Virus record (IMG/VR): IMGVR_UViG_2698536549_000018
Reading direction: 5' to 3' (one strand)
Length of the DNA: 14,213 nt
From: a virus
Taxonomy: Duplodnaviria > Heunggongvirae > Uroviricota > Caudoviricetes
A model generated the notes under the pieces. It was not told the DNA's origin. It ran no database searches and saw nothing but the letters and a program-made list of their open reading frames with translations. A program made the position numbers and the translations under genes. Of the stretch, positions 6,359 to 13,106 are shown piece after piece. Within the stretch, counting starts at the first letter, position 1. Every line of letters begins with the position of its first letter.

Positions 6359-6750
6359 CGATTCACCTCCTGCTCAATATTTTTAAGGTCATTTTCCGCA
6401 TACAGTATTGCTGTCCTGGCTGCTCGTAACCGGGCTTTGGCGTTTTTCTCTTCACGTTCAAGTTTTGCCACAGCTTCACGAAGAGCATCTCGCTTTGCAT
6501 AGAGTGATTTAATCTCTGATACGATGTTTTCACCGTTTCTCGCACGGTCGAGAACAAGTTCGAACGGATCTAAAGTCAATCCACACCGTTTGCAGGTAAT
6601 CGTACGATTCACTTCTGAAATTGTTGTACGGATATGCTGACAGCATTTTTGCTCGACACTTTTTTCGTCGGTTATCACAACGTTGAGGAGTCCTCCCTCC
6701 TCTGATTTTGGCTGTACCAGGGTGATAACATTGTCGACTTCATTTTTCAT
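6355..6750 (-). CDS. Hypothetical phage protein with C-x2-C...C-x2-C zinc-ribbon-like motif and C-terminal coiled-coil (131 aa)
   Basis: Cysteine pairs (..KCCQH.. and ..CKRCG..) then a charged heptad-like segment (AKRDALREAVAKLEREEKNAKARLRAAR). Start overlaps the previous stop (TGATG). Confidence 0.7.
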   Translation of the reverse strand: MKNEVDNVITLVQPKSEEGGLLNVVITDEKSVEQKCCQHIRTTISEVNRTITCKRCGLTLDPFELVLDRARNGENIVSEIKSLYAKRDALREAVAKLEREEKNAKARLRAARTAILYAENDLKNIEQEVNR

Positions 6751-7115
6751 CAGTTCACCTCCTGCGGTGGTTCCGGTAGCGGCATCCAGTGAGTTGCCTG
6801 CTCAATACCATTACCCGGCTTAATCGTTGCTTCTCCTCGCCGGAATGTGCTTCCTGTATAGCGTGCGGAGCATATTAGCGGTTCAACCAGAGAGCTATCG
6901 AAATTCACCGAAATAAGTACGTTCTGGTTCTTTTCTGGCATTCGCTCACTACAACTTATCCAACCATCCGGAGTTACCGGAGAGTTGCCAGCCTTGCGCA
7001 TGGCAATCTCCACGATTTCAACCATATCTCCTGGCGGGATTTTGCAATGCTGACCAAAGCGCCTCTGCTGTCTGGCATACTCGAGGATGTGCTCCAGTTT
7101 GGTTCGATTAATCAT
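6750..7115 (-). CDS. DUF551-like phage protein (121 aa)
   Basis: C-terminal HWMPLPEPP motif characteristic of DUF551 as recalled. Start overlaps the previous stop (TAATG). Confidence 0.7.
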   Translation of the reverse strand: MINRTKLEHILEYARQQRRFGQHCKIPPGDMVEIVEIAMRKAGNSPVTPDGWISCSERMPEKNQNVLISVNFDSSLVEPLICSARYTGSTFRRGEATIKPGNGIEQATHWMPLPEPPQEVN

Positions 7116-7528
7116 TATTTATCTCCCTTAAGCATGGTGGCGCGGCAGGCGTTCCAGCCATCAGCATATGTTTCAGTTACACCGTCGAGATGGCAGGTAA
7201 GCAAATCCATTTCATCAGGCACTACCATCGCTGGCGGCGCTGCGTAAAGCGGTGTTATTTCTGCCCGAAAATCACCTACTTTATGCAGTCGCACCCACCG
7301 TTCGATTTCTGCTTTGTCAGAATTCATAAGGGTGAACGTATTACATTCATGGTTAATTTGCGTGAAGGTTGCCTTCCACGCCACTGGCTCTGCTTCCAGT
7401 GATGCCAGTGCGATACGAAACACATTGGCAAGCAGGCTGTCTGAAGATTGGTTATCGTGCGCCGGGTCGCTCAGGAAACCAGTGATGAATGATTTAATCT
7501 CCGCGTTTTCTCTGGTAATAGTGGTCAT
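7115..7528 (-). CDS. Hypothetical phage protein (138 aa from the ATG at 7528)
   Basis: ATG at 7528 has AAGGA 9 nt upstream and abuts the stop of the upstream 72-aa gene; the longer ORF-track version would overlap that gene. Confidence 0.65.
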   Translation of the reverse strand: MTTITRENAEIKSFITGFLSDPAHDNQSSDSLLANVFRIALASLEAEPVAWKATFTQINHECNTFTLMNSDKAEIERWVRLHKVGDFRAEITPLYAAPPAMVVPDEMDLLTCHLDGVTETYADGWNACRATMLKGDK

Positions 7529-7529
7529 A

Positions 7530-7748
7530 TCAGCTTTCCTTATATGGGTTGATTTTGTTGTGCAGTGTGTTGAACGACGCCCATACCACGTCGTTACACA
7601 ATTCAATAACTGGCTCAATTATTTTCCCGATAAACCAGACCAGTAATAGCGGGGATATCGGTATCATCAACACGATAAACAGAATGAGAAACAGGAATTC
7701 CGTTGCTCTGCTCTTTCGCGGATATTCTTTTCTGAATAATGTAGTCAT
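7530..7748 (-). CDS. Small membrane protein (72 aa)
   Basis: Strongly hydrophobic core (FLFLILFIVLMIPISPLLLVWFIGKII). An AGGAGG-like SD lies 5' of a GC hairpin that sits between it and the ATG. Confidence 0.5.
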   Translation of the reverse strand: MTTLFRKEYPRKSRATEFLFLILFIVLMIPISPLLLVWFIGKIIEPVIELCNDVVWASFNTLHNKINPYKES

Positions 7749-7876
7749 TTATTACCGCCCTTTCGGGCGGCCTCCTGATGTTTTGAGGGTGCAGAAATCC
7801 CTCCGGTTAAGGATTTAATAAAATTCACTTCTGATTTAAATTTTTCAGTGTTTTGTTGTCAGGTGGTTTATCGCCT

Positions 7877-8188
7877 TTATGCTTCAGCCTTATTTCTCAG
7901 CCATACACAAACAGGACCATCTTCAGTGTCATGAATGGAACCAATGAACCAGCCTTCACCTTCCAGGCGCTCCGGTTTCCAGGAGGCAATATCGGGACCA
8001 TCTGCGTCCAGATTAAAATCATCTTCATCCATAGTTCTGATGGTCCATTGAAGATTATTTTCCTCCATCCATGCGTTAAACTCTTCCGTTGAAATATGTT
8101 CTCTACCATCACAGAAATTTTCATATTCAGGATGCGTCCAGCAGCCATATGCATCACGTTCTACCGGCATTTCTTTGATTTCGTTCAT
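7877..8188 (-). CDS. Hypothetical acidic phage protein (103 aa from the ATG at 8188)
   Basis: ATG at 8188 with GGAG 9 nt upstream, just after the TAA of the upstream gene. Acidic, Trp-containing sequence; no family recognised. Confidence 0.65.
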   Translation of the reverse strand: MNEIKEMPVERDAYGCWTHPEYENFCDGREHISTEEFNAWMEENNLQWTIRTMDEDDFNLDADGPDIASWKPERLEGEGWFIGSIHDTEDGPVCVWLRNKAEA

Positions 8189-8201
8189 AACATTAACTCC
8201 A

Positions 8202-8384
8202 TTAAAATAATGCAAAACAAATTAACCACACCACTACAACCGATGCTATTAACACCCTGATTGCAAACAGTGGACTGATATGTCGAAAAGGATTTTTCCA
8301 GACAATAAAAGCCGCTGCCAGAAATGCACTGATCAGGAATACAATAACAAACAGCTCAATTTTGATTATCCAGAACATATTCAC
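8202..8384 (-). CDS. Small membrane protein (60 aa, two predicted TM segments)
   Basis: Hydrophobic throughout; start overlaps the stop of the DUF4406-like gene. Confidence 0.5.
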   Translation of the reverse strand: MNMFWIIKIELFVIVFLISAFLAAAFIVWKNPFRHISPLFAIRVLIASVVVVWLICFALF

Positions 8385-8677
8385 TGCATCGCCTTCTGTA
8401 AAATAACCGCATGCCCCAGCTTCTCCGCCAGTGCCAGTTCTGCCTTAGCACCTGCCGACCGCTGCCAGCCATTCAGCATGTAAATCGCATCCACGCAACG
8501 TATCATCGCCATGCAGATATCCATGTACTGCAACTGAGTCAGTCCGTCCGGAAGTACTGCCGGGTTTAAGACGGTATGCCCTTCCCGTTTCAGTTCCTCT
8601 TCTGCCTTGTGGAACGCCTCACGGTTGAAATTTTTATACCCTGTCATTGGACCGGCAATATAGACTCTCACCCTCAC
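8381..8677 (-). CDS. DUF4406-like (nucleoside 2-deoxyribosyltransferase-like) phage protein (98 aa, GTG start)
   Basis: N-terminal VYIAGPMTG motif typical of this fold as recalled. GTG start with GGAGGTG SD; GTGA overlap with the upstream stop. Confidence 0.65.
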   Translation of the reverse strand: MRVRVYIAGPMTGYKNFNREAFHKAEEELKREGHTVLNPAVLPDGLTQLQYMDICMAMIRCVDAIYMLNGWQRSAGAKAELALAEKLGHAVILQKAMQ

Positions 8678-9099
8678 GCCATCACCTCCTGAAAATTACC
8701 CTGATAAAACGCCAGCACGCGCTGCATAACTTCGCTCTTCCGGCACTCGCTACAGATTATGTTCTGACGCCTGTCATAACGACGTATTTCTCCGTCTGGT
8801 AACGACCAGATAAGGTCCGGATCAACCACAGGTGTTTTTTTCTTCAGCTTTGCCCTTGAGAGTTTTTTGCGGGCGTTTTGCCAGTCCTTACGAGCCTGTT
8901 CAGACGGGAATAACCCGTAACCAGAGTTGTATACATCACCACTGGCAACCAGCTCTCTGGCGAGAACGCTCATCAGATATCTTGTCGCACCTGTCTTGGC
9001 TTCCAGTTGCCGTAACGTCTCGCGCCCACTCCGGCGTACTAGCTCAACAACCTGCCCTTTAATTTTTTCTCGCTCTTCTTGTGTAAAAACTTTTGCCAC
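8674..9099 (-). CDS. Hypothetical phage protein (141 aa, GTG start), basic, possibly DNA-binding
   Basis: GTG start with GGAGGG SD 4 nt upstream. Lys/Arg-rich middle region; no family recognised. Confidence 0.65.
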   Translation of the reverse strand: MAKVFTQEEREKIKGQVVELVRRSGRETLRQLEAKTGATRYLMSVLARELVASGDVYNSGYGLFPSEQARKDWQNARKKLSRAKLKKKTPVVDPDLIWSLPDGEIRRYDRRQNIICSECRKSEVMQRVLAFYQGNFQEVMA

Positions 9100-9139
9100 A
9101 AGCCCTCCTGAAAATTACCTCATGACCTGAAATAAACAC

Positions 9140-10240
9140 TTACCCCCTGAAGCCTGGCGGAATTTCGGTATCCGGTTCAGAAACATGATTCACACAACGC
9201 TGGTTGTTCGTGCCGCTTACCGGGAGCAACCAGGGGTTTTCAAAATTCCGGTCCGGTCCAAAAAACGTCGTCGCTCGCTGAACAAATTCCGTTCCCGTTT
9301 TCCCGGTAGTCGCCAAGTATCTTGCGTAACGCCTCACGCCATCCAGCATGGCCTCTGGTGGCACCCCCTCGCGTAATCTGGCCTTCCAGGCACTGAAAGC
9401 GGATTTCTTCGGGTTTGCCCCGGCACGCAACGGGTATTCCCGCCAGACCTGTTCGAACACATCCGGATAATCCACTCGTCCCACAGGCTGCCCGGTGTTT
9501 TCCGGGACTACCTGATCGGCTTCCCGCTGAATGGCGGAATCGGCTTCAGGCTGCTGCAGTTGGTGTGATTGTTCCGGCCTTGCGGTCATCGCCTGCTGCA
9601 CAGCGCCCGAATCGGCTTCCGGTGTCGTGCCTGCTGGCTGACCAGGATTGACGTTCTGAACATCCCCTGCCTGGTTCGTGGCGATTTTTTCGCCATGAAG
9701 CATAGTATTTTTATCCTGATCCTGTTCTTTCTCCTGTTCTTGGCTTAGAAGCCCCTTTAAAGCCTCTTCGAAGCCCCTTGCTGAATTCCGGCGATTATTC
9801 CGCCTCACATCCAGATGGAAATCCGTTTTATATCTGTCGTAAAAGGCTGACAGAAAGGCGTTTTCAGGTAATGATGCATACTCATTCCTGACACCTGCAC
9901 AACGGTTATCTCCAGGCTTCAACGTTTCCCCAACCTGCCAGGCTGCCATTTCATGGACCCAGACCATCTCGGCATCATGGTCATAGCTACAAAAACCAGC
10001 TTCAACAGCCCTTTTAAGCCCCTTCGAAGCCCCTTCCGGACCAAGCCCGGTTTCATGAGCAAGGTACAAAACTGGCAGGTAATACAAACCCAACATATTT
10101 GCGTGAGGGGATGTCATCAGGTAAAAAGCAACAACTTGCGCTTCTGCACCCGCCTTTCTAAGTTCTCTCCCCGTTTCTCCCAGCCAGAATCGCGGGGAAA
10201 CTTTTGCATAATCACGCATGTTCACCTCGTCTGGAGCCAA
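9140..10240 (-). CDS. Putative phage replication-initiation / replisome-organiser-like protein (366 aa; alternative ATG start at 10219)
   Basis: Largest early-operon ORF, at the position of O/YdaU-type replication genes. Low-complexity Gln/Glu/Pro-rich linker between N- and C-terminal domains. Function assigned by position and general resemblance only. Confidence 0.7.
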   Translation of the reverse strand: MAPDEVNMRDYAKVSPRFWLGETGRELRKAGAEAQVVAFYLMTSPHANMLGLYYLPVLYLAHETGLGPEGASKGLKRAVEAGFCSYDHDAEMVWVHEMAAWQVGETLKPGDNRCAGVRNEYASLPENAFLSAFYDRYKTDFHLDVRRNNRRNSARGFEEALKGLLSQEQEKEQDQDKNTMLHGEKIATNQAGDVQNVNPGQPAGTTPEADSGAVQQAMTARPEQSHQLQQPEADSAIQREADQVVPENTGQPVGRVDYPDVFEQVWREYPLRAGANPKKSAFSAWKARLREGVPPEAMLDGVRRYARYLATTGKTGTEFVQRATTFFGPDRNFENPWLLPVSGTNNQRCVNHVSEPDTEIPPGFRG

Positions 10241-10243
10241 ACC

Positions 10244-10291
10244 TTCCTCTGGTTATAATCTGTGATTCACTAATCAACAGAACCAGAGGAG
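10244..10291. promoter_or_regulatory. Inverted repeat TTCCTCTGGTT-N26-AACCAGAGGAG spanning the divergent start region; contains TATAAT at 10254-10259 and both divergent SD sequences
   Basis: 10-of-11-bp inverted arms at 10244-10254 and 10281-10291. The left arm complement carries the replication gene SD (GAGGAAGG); the right arm carries the SD (GGAGG) of the plus-strand gene at 10299. Confidence 0.4.
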
Positions 10292-10298
10292 GTTCGAC

Positions 10299-10694
10299 AT
10301 GGATTTTGCAACTATCACAAGTAGCGTTGTGTTGAGTGCGTGTGTTGCTGGCGTGGTTTCGCTGGTTAATGGTGCCTGGCAACGCAAATCGGAACGAACC
10401 ATTGAAGCGCAACGCCGGGCTGCTGAAGCCAGAGCAAAAATAAGAGAAATGGCTCTCACCCTCGCATTGAAAGAATGGGAGCTCCACCAAACCATATCGA
10501 AGGCAAAGGGGTATGGTGTCAGCGGCCCAGAAGTTTACGTCTTTCGATACTTTCGTATGCTCAACCTGATGGAGGAAGACAAATTCACGATTGAAAATCT
10601 CAGACTGATCCAGTACGACTCCATGTGTGCTGTTGCAGCAATTCAGGCAGAGATCGAGCGATATCGGGAGAAAAACGGCCTCCCGATGCCATAA
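10299..10694 (+). CDS. Hypothetical membrane-anchored protein (131 aa) with N-terminal TM helix and coiled-coil region, opposite in orientation to the early operon
   Basis: ATG with strong SD (CAGAGGAGG, 6-nt spacer). N-terminal hydrophobic segment (ITSSVVLSACVAGVVSLV) then charged helical region. Converges on the 73-aa minus-strand gene with a 4-bp gap. Confidence 0.6.
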   Translation: MDFATITSSVVLSACVAGVVSLVNGAWQRKSERTIEAQRRAAEARAKIREMALTLALKEWELHQTISKAKGYGVSGPEVYVFRYFRMLNLMEEDKFTIENLRLIQYDSMCAVAAIQAEIERYREKNGLPMP

Positions 10695-10698
10695 ACAA

Positions 10699-10920
10699 TC
10701 AGCGTTTTTCATCTTTCCAAATCCTCATATCAGGCTTGCGCCCAATGAACCGACGAAGACAATTTAAAGTCCATCGGGTGAAGTAATCCCTGAAACCAAA
10801 GAGATACCAGGTGAACAGATTCACGATAAAATGTCCGGCCAGAGCCCCACCAATACCACAGGCAAGAACAGTAAAAAAATCAGGTAGATTCACAGCCCCC
10901 TCCGTCATTGTTAACGCCAT
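10699..10920 (-). CDS. Small membrane protein (73 aa)
   Basis: Hydrophobic segment (FFTVLACGIGGALAGHFIVNLFTWYLFGF); ATG start, weak SD. Confidence 0.45.
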   Translation of the reverse strand: MALTMTEGAVNLPDFFTVLACGIGGALAGHFIVNLFTWYLFGFRDYFTRWTLNCLRRFIGRKPDMRIWKDEKR

Positions 10921-10928
10921 CCGTGCTT

Positions 10929-11354
10929 TTAGTGCATCACCACGGCATTTCCTGCCGGGCCACCACGGTTCATCTGATTGAAACCGGCAATCGCCACTGC
11001 GACAAAATCATCAGCGTCTCTCACCAGTCGTTCCCGCGTCTCCACCAGCTCCCGAAAATAGGCTGAACTGTGGCTGCGCATTCGGGCCACCAGCAAAGGT
11101 GGCATTGCCTTTTCGATCGCTGGTAACAACGCCTGAATTTTTTCAACAGCATCAAGGGTGTCTTTCTCTACCCAGCGGAAAATTTTCTGGGTATTACGAG
11201 CTAGGGCTTCCGGATGGCTGTCGCCGTACAGTTCCGGAAATGTCATTCCCAGTTCAAAATACGCTTTGGTAATCTTCGCAGTTGGTACTTTCTCGCCATC
11301 CGGATGCGCCCAGGCATTCATCGCCATGCGGATGTGCTCATGGCTGATTTTCAT
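10929..11354 (-). CDS. YdaT-like protein (141 aa), second gene of the Rac-type Cro/YdaS-YdaT module
   Basis: Size and position match Rac YdaT (second gene after the cro-like gene, divergent from the repressor). Overlaps the 3' end of the Cro-like gene by 17 nt. Confidence 0.7.
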   Translation of the reverse strand: MKISHEHIRMAMNAWAHPDGEKVPTAKITKAYFELGMTFPELYGDSHPEALARNTQKIFRWVEKDTLDAVEKIQALLPAIEKAMPPLLVARMRSHSSAYFRELVETRERLVRDADDFVAVAIAGFNQMNRGGPAGNAVVMH

Positions 11355-11661
11355 GAATCATTTGCCTCTTGATATTTCGGGTATGCTCGTTTTCGTCATT
11401 TGGTTGCTTCATCAACATATTCAGCGAATAGCATGACGAGCGTCGTAAGTATGACCAGTCAACATCAGGACGAAGTTCTTCGCACAGAACACCACCTCTT
11501 GTTGCACGTTCAATTGCTGGACATCGCTCAGCAGGCAACTGACGTACACCTTTGATCCATTGATTTACGCTTGGAGGTGATACACCTAAAAGCCTAGCCA
11601 TTGCAGATTGCCCACCGACAACAGCACACGCTCGTTTGAATGAATAGTTCTCTTTTTTCAT
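11338..11661 (-). CDS. Cro/YdaS-like helix-turn-helix regulator (107 aa)
   Basis: HTH signature (..QSAMARLLGVSPPSVNQWIKGVRQLP..). First gene transcribed leftward from the operator region, divergent from the repressor. Confidence 0.75.
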   Translation of the reverse strand: MKKENYSFKRACAVVGGQSAMARLLGVSPPSVNQWIKGVRQLPAERCPAIERATRGGVLCEELRPDVDWSYLRRSSCYSLNMLMKQPNDENEHTRNIKRQMIHENQP

Positions 11662-11691
11662 CGAATGAACTCCAAAAAAACACGAAACAAT

Positions 11692-11760
11692 ATTAGGCGA
11701 CGCCTAATACAAATGTCAATAGGCGTCGCCTAACGCAAATGAAGTAGGGATTGCCTAATG
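11692..11760. promoter_or_regulatory. Right operator region: three 17-bp operators (ATTAGGCGACGCCTAAT at 11692-11708; AATAGGCGTCGCCTAAC at 11718-11734; GTAGGGATTGCCTAATG at 11744-11760) with a leftward promoter (-35 TTGACA complement at 11714-11719, -10 near 11691-11696)
   Basis: The first site is a perfect 17-bp palindrome, the second near-perfect, the third degenerate in one half. Centres are 26 bp apart. TTGACA sits between sites 1 and 2 on the minus strand, with a TAATAT-like -10 overlapping site 1. Confidence 0.6.
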
Positions 11761-11786
11761 CAATGAGCATAGGAGAGTATTAAGCA

Positions 11787-12263
11787 ATGCTTAGTGGTAA
11801 AGACTTAGGCCGAGCGATAGAGCAGGCCATTAACAAAAAAATTGCATCAGGATCCGTCAAATCAAAGGCGGAGGTAGCGCGTCACTTCAAAGTCCAACCA
11901 CCATCAATCTATGATTGGATTAAGAAAGGTTCGATAAGTAAAGATAAACTTCCAGAGCTATGGCGTTTCTTTTCTGATGTGGTTGGCCCAGAGCATTGGG
12001 GGCTTAACGAATACCCCATACCCACCTCCCTCATTTCAGATACAAAAAGTGAACTTTTAGACATAAACAGCCTTTATCAAGCCGCCTCTGATGAAAAAAG
12101 AGCCATTGTGGCTTTTCTCTTATCAGCAAATGCCACGGAACCTGGTTGGGTTGATCATGACGTTCGCGCCTACATTGCCACAATGGAGATGAAGGTAGGT
12201 AAGTATTTGAAAGATCAAGAATCAGAACGGAAAAGCCAGAACATCACCAAAACGGGAACTTAA
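11787..12263 (+). CDS. Prophage repressor, RacR-like HTH protein (158 aa)
   Basis: Divergent from the Cro-like gene across the operator array. GGAGA SD upstream. N-terminal HTH-like segment (SKAEVARHFKVQPPSIYDWIKKG). Same length as Rac RacR as recalled. Confidence 0.75.
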   Translation: MLSGKDLGRAIEQAINKKIASGSVKSKAEVARHFKVQPPSIYDWIKKGSISKDKLPELWRFFSDVVGPEHWGLNEYPIPTSLISDTKSELLDINSLYQAASDEKRAIVAFLLSANATEPGWVDHDVRAYIATMEMKVGKYLKDQESERKSQNITKTGT

Positions 12264-12356
12264 ACTTATATGGTCTGATGGGAACCTCCTAGAGCCCGTT
12301 ATCTAGCCCCCCATCACCTCTTCCACATATCATCGCCTATTAGGTTTTCGTCAAAA

Positions 12357-12402
12357 ACATTAGGCGCAGCCTATTGACAATTAATTAGGCATTACCTATA
12401 GT
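12357..12402 (+). promoter_or_regulatory. Left operator/promoter: rightward promoter (-35 TTGACA 12374-12379, 17-bp spacer, -10 TATAGT 12397-12402) overlapped by operator-like sites ATTAGGCGCAGCCTATT and ATTAGGCATTACCTATA
   Basis: Half-sites TTAGGC/GCCTA match the right-operator consensus. Consensus -35 with 17-bp spacing to a TAtAgT -10, downstream of the repressor stop. Confidence 0.55.
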
Positions 12403-12746
12403 TCTCCCATACCAACCCACCCCGCCCACAGAACACCGGGCAATACTTCGAGTTACCCGGCAGTGATTAGGGGTTAAGTAGCCAGCCCGAGGCGTATGAA
12501 CATGACGGCGGGAACACTTTGTATAACAGCGCAGCAGGTTTTTAGTTCCGCTACCCCGGCGTTAAGGGGAAATGAGGTCAACATGGATACGCTCAATCTT
12601 AGCAACAACGAATCTCTGGTATGCGGTGTGTTCCCTAACTAGGACGGCACCTTCACCGCGATGACGTATACCAAAAGTAAAACGTTTAAAACCGCAGCTG
12701 GCGCGCATCGCTGGTTAGCAAGAAACACTGACTGATGAGGTTGACG

Positions 12747-13106
12747 ATGGAATTTAAATATTTACCGCCTTCAATCCAGGAGATTGCAGCACACACACTT
12801 CGTCATCGTCTGAACGAACTTGAATTGGAATCGGTAACAAAAAAAGACACTGATAATATGGCTCGTAATGTGCGCGATGCGTTTACTGGGCTGTTTTCAG
12901 ATACAGCTTTAAATATCCATGGCACAGAGGATACAGCAAAACAATTTGCAGAAAAAGAAGTGGAAGATCTCAGTTCAAAGAGCCAGAAACAGCCAAACAA
13001 CCATGAAATTAACGAACTGCTTCTGGCAACAGGCTTCATAAATATTAACGAATATGAACGCCGTAAAAAAATGTTATCTGATCAATCCATCAAGATATCT
13101 TTTTAG
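12747..13106 (+). CDS. Hypothetical early-left protein (119 aa from the ATG at 12747)
   Basis: GAGG 6 nt upstream of the ATG at 12747; acidic, helical-looking sequence; no family recognised. Confidence 0.55.
   Translation: MEFKYLPPSIQEIAAHTLRHRLNELELESVTKKDTDNMARNVRDAFTGLFSDTALNIHGTEDTAKQFAEKEVEDLSSKSQKQPNNHEINELLLATGFININEYERRKKMLSDQSIKISF

Noticed and set aside
6363-6557. 64-aa minus-strand ORF nested in the 131-aa gene
   Set aside because: Alternative frame inside a better-supported, translationally coupled gene.
7047-8483. Plus-strand ORFs 7047-7247, 7190-7402, 7314-7646, 7549-7818, 7853-8092 and 8280-8483, and minus-strand 7897-8157
   Set aside because: All lie antisense to or nested within the tightly coupled minus-strand operon and lack convincing ribosome-binding sites.
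8832-10258. Plus-strand ORFs 8832-9062, 8927-9130, 9185-9376, 9415-9651 and 9953-10258
   Set aside because: Antisense to the 141-aa and replication-like genes; Pro/Arg/Ser-rich translations typical of GC-rich antisense frames.
10212-10712. 166-aa and 73-aa minus-strand ORFs overlapping the plus-strand gene at 10299-10694
   Set aside because: The plus-strand frame has a strong SD and protein-like composition; the minus-strand frames are Cys/Phe/Ser-rich and would need translation through the inverted repeat. Judged antisense artefacts, though this call is less certain than the others.
11158-11436. 92-aa plus-strand ORF
   Set aside because: Antisense to the YdaT-like and Cro-like genes.
12803-13039. 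78-aa minus-strand ORF
   Set aside because: Nested antisense within the 119-aa plus-strand gene; Ser/Phe-rich low-complexity translation.
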